Shown piece by piece: positions 46,678-62,470 of a stretch of 64,000 nt of DNA. The stretch lies in assembly GCF_009914755.1 (NCBI RefSeq), contig NC_060947.1; one strand, written 5' to 3'. The position numbers were made by a program, and so were the translations under genes. Source of the DNA: the human T2T-CHM13v2.0 reference genome, Homo sapiens. The notes beneath the pieces are model-generated. The model was not told where the DNA came from and did no database searches. It was given only the letters and a program-made list of their open reading frames with translations. Each line of letters opens with the position of its first letter. Positions within the stretch are counted from its first letter, which is position 1.

Positions 46678-47177
46678 TATTGGCAGAAAGATGGCCTCCC
46701 AAAGATGTCCACACACCCATCCCTGGAACCTGTGAATATTTTGACTGACATGGTAATAGGAACACTGCAGATATGATTAAGTGTATAGACCTTGAGAAGG
46801 AGAAATTATCCTGGATTATCCAGGTAAAACCAATCTAATCCCATGAACCTTTAAAAGTGAGACTCTTCCAGTTGGAGTCTGTCAAAGGGAAATGGAAGAA
46901 AAGCACAAAGGCACAGGGAGATGCAACACTGTTGACTTTCAAGATGGAAGAAGGGCACAAAAGCCAATGAATGAGGGCAGCTTCTATTAATAGGAGCTCA
47001 AAAGGCAGGGATCTGCCCCTGGAGCCTCCCAAAGGAACCCTGCTGACACCTTGATTTTAGCCTAGTGAGATCTGTGTCAGAATTCTAGTCTACAGAACTA
47101 GAATATAATACTTTTGTAGTATTTTAAGACACTAAGTTTGTGGTCATTTATTATTGCATCAATAGAAGACTAATGCT
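46678..47177 (+). mobile_element. MLT1D-like MaLR LTR
   Basis: ggcctcccaaagatgtccac...atccctggaacctgtgaatat...attatcctggattatccagg...gctgacaccttgattttagcc...cactaagtttgtgg. Confidence 0.8.
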
Positions 47178-47756
47178 TATGAGATCACAAATTATTACAG
47201 CAAAATGCTTATTTTGTGCAGCACAATTGTTAAAATCATGCTTGGTTGTCATTTTACAGCATACAAAGCCCTTTCCCATATATTGTCAGGTCTGATCATT
47301 CTAAGACCTGTGGAATATAAGCAAAGACCATCAATTCTACCCCTCCTGATGAGACAAGGGGGGCCCAGAGAGGTACCATGTCCAAGGTCTTGGTACTAAA
47401 TGTTACAATTAAGGACAGAATGAGCTCTCCAAGACCTCAGTTTGCTTCCATAGTAAAACCATGATTGCCAGCAAGACATTCACATCTAATAAACTCAAGA
47501 GCACAATTAAAGTAATTTGCCTGGTTCAATACTCTGGTGCTTTGATGGCCTGCAGAGCAAAATTCTTCCAGTGTGAGTCCCATACCTCATGCTTCAACTT
47601 GCACACTCCAAATGATCAATCCCTCTGTTAAATGGAATGGGATTCATTGTTTCCTTGTTGTTCTGCTTTCCCAGAAAGGTAAGCTCTTTTTCCAACCAGT
47701 GCCCAGCATAGTGCTTGGCACAAAATGGATCCCAAAGTTTTGTGTTAATTTAATTG

Positions 47757-48095
47757 AATCAAGAACACAGAAACGTGATGCTAAATGAAAGAAGCCAGTC
47801 ACAAAGGACCACATCTTGTATGATTTCATTCCTATGAAATGCCTAGAATAGGCAAATCTATAGAGGCAGAAAGCAGATTAGTGTTTGCAAGGGCTGGTGG
47901 GTGATGGGGAAAATAGGGTGTGACTGCTAATGGGTATGGAGTTTCCTTTGGAGTGATGAAAATATTTTAAAATTTATTGTGGTAATGGATGCACAACTAG
48001 AGGAATGTACTAAAAGCCGTTGAGTTGTACACTTTAAATCAGTTAATTGTATGGTATGTGAATCAGAGCTCAATAATGCTATTAAATTTTTTAAA
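47757..48095 (+). mobile_element. L1MB-type 3' end
   Basis: atgctaaatgaaagaagccagtcacaaaggaccaca...aataggcaaatctatagag...ctcaataatgctattaaa. Confidence 0.8.
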
Positions 48096-48702
48096 AAGAT
48101 TATATCAATTTCCTCATTTGCCCCATATTGTGCTTAAAATCCAGAAGACTTATTTCAATGTCACCTTTGATTAGTCCCCTCGTGAGCGGGATTTTAGTAG
48201 TAGAATTTGCTACCATTCATTCGTTGCCAACATTCAAATGAGGCTGAGGGTTTACGACAGTGAGAGAGATAGGTCCAGGACAGAAAAAGTAAGAAGGATG
48301 GCAACTGGAAGGGACAGTTGAGAAGTGGAGCCAAGGAACTGATCTGTGGGCCCAAACACAGGACATAGATCTCAGATCTAGGAAAAGAGGGTTTCTGGCC
48401 AAGATGAAAGGGACTGTTTTCATGATGGATACAAGCAGCACGTCATTGTTACTCACTGACAGTCTGGGCCAGGATGGGGAAGAAGGGCTCTTCCCTGCAT
48501 CTACATGGAGTACCACTGGCATGGACACAGTGGTGGCTCTAGGCTGTGTGGCACATGTGGGCACCCCAATGGTTCGCTGCGTATAGTGTCATCTGAGAAA
48601 GAAGAGGAGGATGCTACCTGTACTTGACAGGATGAGTTTGGGTATTCAAATGAAAACAGCCCCCTCCAGGGACTATGGAACATAACTGGTGGGGATTTTC
48701 AT

Positions 48703-48870
48703 TGTTTCTTTGTTTAACAGCTTTATTGATATATATTTCACATATCATAAAATTCAACAATTTCAAGCATGCAATTCAATGACATTTAGAAAATTTACCA
48801 AGTGGTGCTACCATCACCATAAACCAGTTTTAGAACACTTTCTTCATCCCAATAAGATCCTTCATGGACA
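48703..48870 (-). mobile_element. Old L1M 3' end fragment
   Basis: taacagctttattgatatatatttcacatatcataaaattca...accatcacc...ttttagaaca. Confidence 0.65.
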
Positions 48871-49483
48871 TGGTTACTTTTAATAAGAACTCTCTCATTA
48901 AATATCAAGTGTGATCAGGAGAGAAACATGGGTTTCATCAATAGATAACTGGAATATTTTTTCTTTCTCAAAAATTCTTCCATAACTATCCTTTCCATTC
49001 CCGAAGACCATCCTCTGCTTCAGAGCTTCATGACTCCAGTTCCATAATACTACAAAAGTCTCACAGGTAATATGTCTAGGGACAGCCAAACCATTCCTTC
49101 TAACTCATGGTTGTATTTACCTTCCTAAAATCCCTGTTCCATCATTCCATTATCTCTTCCTATTGCATCACTTACAAACACTTAAGACTTGGGTACCATT
49201 ATTGTTTGGCCACTAATCACTTTGTCTTAGTTGAAGACCTGGCACCAGATTATTTCTATGGCACTTTCACACAATACTATGATTCTTTTGGCTGGCTTTT
49301 AAACTCCTCTATAATTTGAGTCAGCACTCTCTATCCAGTTTTATTTTTGATTATTTCTCAATAAGCGTGTTCTACTTCACTCAAGCCAACTTTCTCGTGA
49401 TCCAACATGTTGATAGACCCTTCTCTTCACGGTTTTATCAATACTATTATCTTTACTTGGAAAATTCTTTTCTTCTCTACTCA

Positions 49484-49897
49484 TGTGTATCAGTCAGCTA
49501 TTGCTGTGTAATAACCTACTCGGAAGCTGGAGAGTGGTTGATCCTGAATGGACTAGCTCATGCATCTGCAGGGGGCTGTGCTCTAGGCTGGGCTTGGGTG
49601 GAGTTGCTTAGCTATGCAGCTCTACGCCACATGTCTCTCATTCCTCTCCAGCAATCCGGCTCAGACATGTCCTTCTCATGGCCATGGCAGAAGCACAAGT
49701 GGACAAGTGTGAACAAGAAAGGTCTCTTGAGGTCTAGGATTACAACAGGTATGCTATCACTTCTCCATGTCCCTATTGGCCAAAGCCAGTCAAAAGGCTG
49801 ACTCCAGAGTCAGAGTTAGAGGGCACTGTCATGTTACCTAAAGAGCATGTATACAGGGATGAGTGGAACACTGGGTCCATCAATACATGCTACCACA
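49484..49897 (-). mobile_element. Old MLT1 (H/I/J-like) MaLR LTR
   Basis: tcagtcagctattgctgtgtaataacc...attggccaaagc...ctaccaca. Confidence 0.6.
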
Positions 49898-51019
49898 CTA
49901 TCCAAATCCTTCAGATGGATTTCTTGGTCACTGTTGTATTTGGCATAGGAAAAGAAAGTATTCCAGAAACTACTGGAACCTTTCAAAGATGACAATGAGG
50001 GATCTACAAACAAATTAGGTTTTGAAGAGCTGGAATACTATGAACTCACATAAAAATAAGTATCATCAGGTTTAACAAACAAAATCCTTTAATAACAAAT
50101 AGCAATATTTATATCTTCAGTCCCTGAAAAAGTATGATAGAAATGGCTCCACTTATTCATGTGTCTGTTGTTTAGGGCTTGAACTGTCCAGAACATAATC
50201 TTTAATCTGGAAGTAACCCCAAAGCTTTCTCATGAAATTTCTTCTTGAGATAGGGGAGCTCTGAGATCATCCTCTGGCCAGAGTTGATTAAGGTACTTAA
50301 TGAACTTGATTGCCTGGTTTCCTGTGTCAGCCTTAAATTCTACTCTTAGTTATAGCCAAGCAGTAGGAATCTATGAGGTGGGATGGAGGACAGTGACGTA
50401 CAAACTACCTAAACACAGATGTTTTATCTGACATTTTTATCCTTTACAATACATCCTTGCCTATAATGTATGCCCCACAAAAATCACATAAAATACCAAG
50501 TGATGAGCAATTATTGAAGAGAGACCCATATAAAAATAATTATTTCACTGGCTCTCAGAAGACAATTTGTGATTAGAAAAATGCACAAATAGAGAAGATT
50601 ACTTATTTGGGCCAGTAAATACGAAACTCAATGTAATTTCTAATTTAGAATTCTGTGGCTCTCCAAAATGGGTTTTACCTAATTCAATTTAAGGTTTAAT
50701 TTTAGATAATCAAACCCCAAACCAAGCCTGTGTACATGTTGACATCTTTTGAACCTAGACTAAGTCTCCGAGACTTCCCTTCTTAAGTAGAGAAAATAAG
50801 AGAAAAAGAACCTTCCTAGATTTTCAGCTGGGTGTGGTTCCTGGATTTGTAATTGCACTGATTTCCCCATGAGTCACATTTGTTCCTAGTGTACGCCAGA
50901 CTTTCCCCTTTTAGATGCTTGAGGAGATACTTCTATGCGACAACGGAACACTGAAAGTGGTGAGGAAACCATACGATTGTGTCTAGCTCAATAGACACAG
51001 AATGATCTGTTGTTTTAGA

Positions 51020-51417
51020 GCAGAGCTTCTCTCCCTTGAGTGTGCAAGAAGAACTTGGGGGCTTGTAGAAACACACGTTCCTGAGCTCCAACCATGGAGT
51101 TTCTGGTTCACTGGGTCTGGGACAGGGCTCGTGATTCTGCATTTCTAACAAGCTCCCACGTGTTGCAGATGCTGCTGTTCCGTGGAATACATTTTGAGTA
51201 GCACTGGTTAGGAGTACAGTTTCTCAGCTTTGGCACTACTGACATCTGGACCAAGTAATTCTCTGTTGTGGGGGCTGCACTGTGCATTACAGGATGTTGA
51301 GGAGCATCCTTGGCCTCTACCGACTAGTAGCACCTCTCCAGGTATGACAACCAAAAATGTTTCCAGACATTGCCAAGTGTCCTCTGGGAGTCAAATCACC
51401 CCCATTGAGAACTACTG
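51020..51417. mobile_element. Adjacent MER5B (~51020-51206) and MER20 (~51217-51417)
   Basis: attctgcatttctaacaagctccca...tttgagtagcactg, then ttggcactactgacatctgg...aaaaatgtttccagacattgccaa...ttgagaactactg. Confidence 0.75.
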
Positions 51418-52145
51418 GCTTAAAGGATGGGTTCTGAATAAAAGAGACATGAGCTGAAATCTGCCCTAACCATTTGACTACGCATGTGGTTCAGGGGAGC
51501 AGTGTCCACATGGCTAAAGCTTCGGTATGAGTATGCCTCCCTCACAGAGTTGTTGTAGGGACAGGTTAAGTGAGGATGTATTTAATCAAGTGGCATGGGG
51601 CCTGGCCCCAAAGCAGCAGTCCATAGCGGTTCCTGAGTATTGTATCAAAAAATCTTTCTATGAGGCAATATCATCCAAACTCTGTTTGGAAGGTAAGCAG
51701 AGTTACCTACCTAGAAGGGTAAGTTTCCGTCTACTTAGTTCAAGTGTGTGCGTTATATTTAGAATTCTAGAGTCTTTTCTCAGTTCAGAGGCAATAACAA
51801 TAAAATAAACCCAATATCTATCTCTATGATCATGAAGCTTAAAATCTAGTTCCATGGCTAATACACCGAGCATATTTTTATGATCCTGAAATAATCTTTA
51901 TTTGAAACATAGATGTGTTTTTCAAGTGGTTTCTGAAGCAAAATGCTTTGTCAGTTTGTCAAATCCCTTTCATCCCAACGACCATAGAAGATATAAACCA
52001 GTTGTTGTCCAAAGAACAAAAGTAACCAAGGGGGCTGAGATAAAAATCTCAGGCAACACTGGTGAAAAGGGTAAAGCTGTATTTACATATCTCGTACCCT
52101 ATCAATACACTCCCATAAGGAGCACTAGTGTTAGTTTTTCCTTTT

Positions 52146-52160
52146 GCCACCAGGGGGAGA
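52146..52160 (+). promoter_or_regulatory. Candidate CTCF binding site
   Basis: gccaccagggggaga closely matches the CCACCAGGGGGCGC core and lies in non-repetitive sequence; motif match only. Confidence 0.5.
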
Positions 52161-55147
52161 ACCAAACTTTCTCACAGAGTCACACATATTTGTCAGACGT
52201 GCGTTACAGAGGCTGGCAGACCAGGGTTGAACAAAGCTTTTAGTTACTTCCTACCAGAATAAAAATATCTGCTGGCATGAATTCACGAGAGAAGGCAGTA
52301 CGAACCACTTTTGTATACAAGGTCTTTTAAGCTTTTTTATTCCAAACACTGCAGCAACAACTATTTTTGATCCTGGGAGTCAAGAGACGACAAAGTTAAC
52401 TATCTCTGGGTCTTCTTACTTTCTTTACATTTAAGATGAGGCATTAGGAATAAGACAAGTAACATTAATGTTACATAAGACATAAATGTACATTTGGCTC
52501 CCTTTAGCTTCCTCAAGCCTAGTATTAAAGGATGATGACAATGGTGATGATGACAGTGGTGGTGATTGTAATGTTGTTGGTTGTGGTAGTGATGGCAGTA
52601 ATGATGACAAAGATGATAATGGTGATGGAAATTTTAGCTAAACATAATGAACACCTACCACCATAGGATAGATCCTGGGCTAAGCAACTTATATTAGTAG
52701 CTAATTAAACTCTAGGAGGAAAACATGGAGCTTTCTTCATTTACTTATTAAAATTTTAAAGTTAGAGGAAGTTTGGGCATCCTGATCACTCCCAGAAACC
52801 TTTGAACCCCCCACCACAGGAAAAGATAAATAAGTAAATAGATAGATATAAAGGTTATTGGTAATTGTTATATTAATAATAATTAAATAAAGAGTGTTTT
52901 TATGCTCAGATACAATTCCACAGAGCTGTATTTGTGAAGGCTGGCTCTTCATGTGATAAACTATTGGCCTATTTTCATTGTTGTCCCAATAAAATAAGGC
53001 AAGAATACACATAGTATATGGATCCTGCCATGTACTCAGAATTTTTTCTTATTACAATCCACTCTTTATAATTTTGTCTATCGTTGCAACTTTTTTACAA
53101 TGAGTGCATGTTACATATAAAATAATAATGCAGCTTCGTCATCTTAGAATAAACAAAAGGTGTAGATCCCCCAAAATTACCCAGAATAAATATCACCTGC
53201 ATGTCTGAGTCTGAAACATGGGCACTTGTGTTGATTAAACTGTCTCCTAAATCACTACAGATTCACTGAGTTTTTGCCCAAACAAATCAAAGTACCAAGG
53301 AAACCAAAAAACAACAACAAAATTACAAATGAAAATTCATCTGTAATGAAAGTCAGAAACAACGAGGTCAAAGCAGCTTATACGGACATCAAATTTCACT
53401 TGGCTTTGTCTGTTAGAAATTTACCTCAATGGAGAAGTGGATGTGGCATCTCTAGTCACATTTTTAGTGATGATAATTATTATTTGGTGGATGAATACAC
53501 AAACTCCACATTATTTATTAGATACGTTACTTCCTCTTGGCTAAAATCACTTTGGGGCTTAAGCCAAAGCCTTCCCTACATAAATGACATCAATCAGATT
53601 GGCATTTACCAGAACATTCCAAAATCAATAAGGCGTGTATTTTTAAGAGCCTTTTTTGCTATCTTTAGATCGGCAAATGAAGGAGTTCTGAAGAACCAGG
53701 AGTGGGAGTTCCACAAATAAACAGCATGCTTCATGGTTCATTGTGGAGAAAAATCTGGAAACTCTCAAGGGGATTTTATTGCTGATCTGAAGTGACTTGA
53801 CGAAACTCAGGATCCCAAATGAGGGAAATCCTTTGATAGTAAGAGTTTGCCTAATATCTTCTCAGAGTGAATTCTAAAATTAAGAGTTAGGTCTAAGATT
53901 AAGTCAGAAAACACTGCAAAAGGGACTGCCTTCTTAAGATATGCCCCCTTCTCTCTCCCATCACTTTCCCTACAAAACAACCCAGGATGAGGGCAAAACT
54001 CACTAAAATAACATTTATGTGGGTTTTATTTTTGAGCCTTGGCCTGTGGTCTCTGCCATTGGTGGCTGTACTGTTCTGACTCAATTTCTGCCCCATATCC
54101 TAAATCTATAGTCTCAGGTACAAATTATCAGCCCATATGAGGACTGAGAGGGTGACCTGCTCGTACATTTCTACCTCTTTTTAAAAGGCAACAAAATACC
54201 TACTTCCTCTCATTTCAGAGGAAAATCCACTTTCCACTTCATGTATAAAACTCAGTTGGCTATAACTTATGAAGAAATAAGCTAAGGAGTGATGACTCTT
54301 CAGAAAATATGAGTACTGGAGAACGAAGAAATTATCAAACTATAAAAGGAAATAGAGTTTGTGCCTGGAAAAGACAACAGGGTGCTTCCCCTTGCCTCTC
54401 AGAATAAACTAGAAAATAAATGAAGTCTATACACACAGTTTTCCTGATTCTCAGTTGAAATTTGAAAGGAAAGTAAATAAAAGAGTGACAGAATTTTAAT
54501 GCTTGAAAAAAACACAAAGAACACCATATTGATTTATAGAAAAAAAGAATAAGGATAAAAAAGTATCTACAGGATGGACAATGGGGATGCACAAAAACCA
54601 TGTGAGAGAATTAAGAATTTCAATTTCAGATAAGATCATGGATCCAAGATCTACCTACTATGAATGCTCTTGTAAAACAACACGATGTGCCCCCGGGTAG
54701 CCAAGATTTTGGTCTCTAAAACTTTCAACTAAAAAGTGAAAGACACAGGGATCCTTGAAAAGTAGTTGATTCCATGTCTTGTGGCAGGAAAAACCAGGAT
54801 GAGTCTGGAACACTTTGTTGTTACCAAGAAGCTTGAATACTTTCAAGGGTGGTGCTAACTGGACAAATGGACCAGCTTAATGCAGTTGTCACTAATGAAA
54901 GCATGACAGTTTAATCAACAACAAAAAACTCTGTGAAAAGTCATGAGAACACATATACTCAAAAACAACAAATAACATAATCTGCTCAAGAAAGATGTGC
55001 ATGACTTCCCCCAGGAATATTTACTGGAAATACTTCACATTGATGAACCCAAACACATGCTTGTCAAATTCAAGTTTTGCTAAGTTCCAGGAGGTCAAAG
55101 TAGACAATACAATGTTGCATAGGGTGTTTCAAATTGGGTAGAGAATG

Positions 55148-55442
55148 CAGAATGATGGTTCTCAACCTTGGCTACACAGGAAAATCACTTGAGAAAATTT
55201 AAAAAATATCAATGACTGGGCACTATCCCCAGACAAATTAAATCAGAATCTCTGGAGGTGGGGCTTGGGGCCTGGTATGTTTGAAAAGTTCCCCAGACCA
55301 TTCTAGTGGGGGTGGAGAACCACTGGCCTAGAATCTAGGATAACCAGTCATCCTGGACACTTTCCTGGTTTTAGCGCTGAAAAGTTCCCATGTCCCAGCA
55401 AACCCTCCAGTCCTGGAAAAACAAGGATGATTGGTCACCCTC
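55148..55442. mobile_element. Adjacent MER5A1-like (~55148-55325) and MER81 (~55336-55442)
   Basis: ggttctcaaccttggctacac...aaatcagaatctctgg...gagaaccactg; then taggataacc...ggttttagcgctgaaaag...ttggtcaccct. Confidence 0.7.
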
Positions 55443-57699
55443 TCCAATCAGGCAATAAAAAGTTGTCACAGAAATTTTCAATAAAAATTACATAAGAAAA
55501 CACTGTAAGAAAATTAAGTATAAATGACCATGATTCACCAGACTACAAGAAAAGGTTGAAGCTTAGAAATTCTTACTACTGTATAAATGACTATAGCACA
55601 ATAAAGGCCCAGTGGGATTGAGGAATCAGAATGGCAAACCCTAGTTCTTGGTGTCTTGGTCCAAAATCTCTGACTGAAAACCCCCAATTTATAAATTTGA
55701 AGTCACATTCTCAACCAATAACTGTATCTATCATTTCTGTTTTCCTTATTTGGGTCAGTAACCTTGCAACTCTGAGAAGTATACTAATACTAATATAATT
55801 CTAAGACCAAGGCTAATTCTATGCTAATAGTGCTGGTGCTGGTACTAATAATGATGATAGCTCTAGCATTAACACTATTATGAATACTAATGATAATGCT
55901 GCTACCAGTATTAATACTAATCAGGTACTAGTAGTAATATTGATAAAATACATGGGGCAAATGAAGAAATTAATCAAACTTTGGTATTAATACAATTGAG
56001 TTGAGTGTAAAAATAACTTCTGGAATCAACATGTTAGGATATGCAAGTTTTATTTGTTCTTTGAGGTGTTTGAATTGTTTTGGAGAATCTGACATATCGA
56101 ACTTATGATTTTAACTAAAATACTTGGGACTTAATGATTTAAGTTTGCAATCTCTGTTTAAGTGTTTGAGGAAATCTGATGAGTTAAATCTAGAAGTTTA
56201 AATTTTGTAAGGAATATTTAGATGCTCAGTAAAAAATTAAGTGCTAGATTTGAAAGTCTCACTAGCTGGTATTTAAGGGATCAAAAGAAAGGTGTTGTGT
56301 TTTGTTTTGTTTTTAAACATTAATGCAAAAATGATAAAAAAATGAGATATATAAATTGGGCTTAAAGGCTTAAAAAAGGTGTTTTTAAAAGACTAGCTTG
56401 ATATACTAGTATTACACAAAGTGAGAGTCAACGTTAATATTCTTGTACAAGTGAACCCACAAGCAAAAGCTAAGGCTTTAAAAAAATACAAGTGGTGTGA
56501 TGTTTCTGGAACAGCTGTGGAAGTGTGATCTCAGAGAACACAAGAAGACAGCAAAGACAATTCCTGAGAAATTAGAAGGGAAAGGACAGAGCAGGCACAG
56601 CAAATCTAGCCTCAAGTCTCAGTGAAAAGGCCCAAAGGGGCCAAACACTTTGCTGAGTTGTGGGAAGCTCCCCTGCCAAATCTCTGGAACGAACCTGAGA
56701 TGCCTTTTTGCAATGACTCAGATACTAGAATTGAAAGAATGTGACGTAAGTTTTAGCAATGGGGCAATTTATGATTTATTTTAGAAGAACTAACTGAGGA
56801 AACAAGATGAAAGTTGCTGGTAGGGCTTAGCAGAAATGCTCTCAAGCAAGCCAAGGATAAAGATCTTTGCAATATTACTTAGAAGTCCAAAGGTTGCTAG
56901 AGACCACGGAGTTCAGGGAGAGGCCAGCAGCTACAGGGCTGGAAGGCAGGTGAGCCTGTCTTGTGGGAAGGGGAGAGGTGAATCTAGACGTGACGAGATG
57001 CCTGAGGCCTAGGATGGTTTGCCTGGCCCAGATCCACCGGCCATAATAGGAACCTGGGAGCCCAACAGACATGAGGTGTCACATTTAAACGCTTAGGTGG
57101 GGCAAACAGGGCCATAAGAACATACATTTTTAAATAAGACACAAACCAAATACACGGGTCTGAAGTTATAAAGCACAGAAAACTTACTTTCCCAGCATCT
57201 TGAAACACACCTAATTCACAAAACGTGAGCATGTCATCTAAGGATGGAAACATGAATAAAAAAGAGCACAAAGAAAAGAAAGAAAATTAAACTATAAATA
57301 GCAGTAAGGAAAAAGAAATAGAGGCAAGTGATGGTGGTAAACATAGACAGGAACTGCGTATAATGATTTGCTGGCAAAGGAAGAAATACCCGCTTAAAAA
57401 CCATATATATTTTTTAAGGTGGACTGAGGTTAACAGTTGAAATAAAGGCAGCAGTTGAAAGGAAGGCAGCAGCTGAAAGAAGGTCATGGATTAAGTAGAC
57501 TGATCCAGCAGTTTCCACGCCAAGTCCAAGTCTGAACAAAGGAAAAACACTTGGAAAAAATCATTTGGTTAAAAATAATAACAAGGGATAGGCAGAAGAG
57601 TTTGACCAGGATGTTGCAGACAGGAAGAAAGCAGGCTACAGGGAAATGTGGGAAAGTGATCAATGAAGGAGAAAGGCAGCAAAGCCCTATCTACCTACA

Positions 57700-57870
57700 T
57701 CAGTGGGTGTCAACCCTGACTGCACTCTAGAATTACCTGGGGAGCTCTACAAAATACCTATGCACCACCCTCGACCACTGAGCTGGAATCTCTGGGGCTT
57801 GGGGATTGGGTATGAAGTTTCTAAAGCTCCCAGGTGATCTCAATTTGCAGCTAGGGCTGAGACCCACTGC
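57700..57870. mobile_element. MER5A1
   Basis: caaccctgactgcac..agaattacctggggagct...aaagctcccaggtgat...gggctgagacccactg. Confidence 0.75.
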
Positions 57871-58059
57871 TTTGCATGCAGAGAGAGTAAATGTGAGGTC
57901 CCATATCTCTAAATTATCAGGCCCAAACAGCCACTTGCACCTGAAGCACTCCAATAATTGTAGCCAAAGTCATTTCCTTATTTGAACTTCGCAGGTAAAT
58001 GACTAGATTTTTCACTTGACTTAAGGAGCTTTAAAATTCAGAAGGAAGAAAGGAAGAAA

Positions 58060-59282
<1,223 letters not shown>

Positions 59283-59514
59283 TCAACTAAACTCAGAAAA
59301 GGAAGTGGGGAAATATGTTTGGGTGGCTTGTAAACTATCAATTATTTTACATATTTGAAACCATCTTTAAATAGAAATCCAGTGTACCATTGGTCTTCAC
59401 ACTGAAAACAATTCACTCAGCCACAAAATAAAAGCTAGCAACACGGAGATAAGAATGTCTTATTTAGGTCACAAAATGCCTACAGATTCTTTTTCTGTTT
59501 TCATCTCTACTGAT

Positions 59515-59728
59515 CAGTGATTCTCAACTGGGGGCAGTTTTGCACCCTTAGGGGACATTTGGCAATATTTCAGACATTTTTTATTGTCATGATTGGCAGC
59601 TTGTTATTGGAATCTACCGGGGATCGACCAGGGACACTGCTAAACACTCTACAACGCATGACAAATCCCTTAAAGTAAAGAATTATCCAGTCCAAAATAT
59701 CAATGTGCTGAGGCAGAAAGATCCTGCT
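59515..59728. mobile_element. MER20
   Basis: cagtgattctcaactggggg...ggggacatttggcaat...aagaattatccagtccaaaat. Confidence 0.78.
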
Positions 59729-60502
59729 CTAGATAGTAAGGTTAACATTTCTGCAAATAATAACTAATACTCTCTATAATAACTCTCTATTGATACTCTC
59801 TACTAATAACTGCCTTTCAACCGAAACACAAATAAGTTTAAACATGCACCAATTATATGCTGAATTAAAGAAAAACAAAAAAGCCTCTTACAGAAAATCA
59901 AAGCACTAATAAAATTATCCTGTGGGTTTACCACAATGAGAGATCAAGGACTGGAGAATTAAAACATTGGCCAACCAAGTGAAGTTGCTAAAGCAAAAAC
60001 CAGATATCAAATTATTTTGATTGTTGGAATTGAGTTTACACTCAGACAAATTGAGAGTCCTCTAAATGAAGACTTCTGAGCATGCGTTATCATCAATATT
60101 TAGTAAATTATGCTTAAAATATCTGTGTTTGCTAAATTTTACATGTCCTAAATAATACATTTGTAGGGGAAAAAAAGGCTTTTCAAGCTATACAATTATA
60201 TAAATTTCTTCCAAATCACTTGGTAAATTTGCTCACTTCATGGAAAACAAAACAGAGGTGGGATAGGAAGATATTTTTCAGAATTGCAATGCAAATACAG
60301 TGAGAAATAATATCACCCCCAAACATGAGAAAGTCGGTGTGGTTAGAGCTGAAGGAAGACAAGGAAAACTTATCATGCATCCCAGTCTCTGATCTGTGAT
60401 AACAGTAATGTTAACCACTAGTCTAGTTCTAATGGGAACTAGAAGTCTATTCTAGAGAAAGATTTACAAATTATTAAGAGTATTCATTAAAAGCCACAAA
60501 AC

Positions 60503-61989
<1,487 letters not shown>

Positions 61990-62116
61990 AAAAGCCAGAA
62001 AACTTTAAAACATAACTGGTACTCTCAAACAAGCAATTTAAATAATTGATGAATCCCATTTCCACGTGCTTGATAGTCATCAGTGATTGAGGGCCTGTGA
62101 GTGAGAACAATCAAGT

Positions 62117-62470
62117 CAGTGGTCTTCAAGTTTTGCTGTACGTTCTCATCAGTTGGAGATTACAAGCTTTCTTTTTCTTTTTTAAAATGATGCCAAGGCA
62201 GGCTTCTTCCCAGACCAAATAAATCAGAAGCTCTAGGAGTGAAGCTTGATCTTTGGCACAGTATTGTACAGCACATCTCAAACTTTAACTTTCATGTAGA
62301 TTGCCTAGGGATCTTCGTAAAATGCAGATTCTAATTGAGTGGGTCTGGGGTGTGCCTGAGATTCTGCATTTTGCAATGTCAACAGTGGTGTTCTAAGGAA
62401 CACACTTGGAATAGTGAGGTGTCAAAAGCTTCCTGTTTGATTCTAATGTGCAGCCAGCATTGAGAACTGT
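62117..62470. mobile_element. MER5A1-like MITE with nested MER5B (~62269-62419)
   Basis: Outer: cagtggtcttcaag...aaatcagaagctct / tgattctaatgtgcagccag..ttgagaac; inner: aaaatgcagattct...cctgagattctgcattt...cacacttggaatag. Confidence 0.6.

Noticed and set aside
49316-49801. 161-aa plus-strand ORF
   Set aside because: Runs through L2-like and MLT1 LTR sequence with a non-ATG start; not protein-like.
53610-53687. 78-nt minus-strand exon-like segment reading ..ADLKIAKKALKNTRLIDFGMF, resembling kinase DLK/DFG motifs
   Set aside because: Lacks the HRD and catalytic-loop Asn, spacing to DFG is short, and no other kinase exon is visible.
53274-53720. 148-aa plus-strand ORF
   Set aside because: Non-ATG start, no recognisable domain, no supporting exon structure; plausible by chance in 64 kb.
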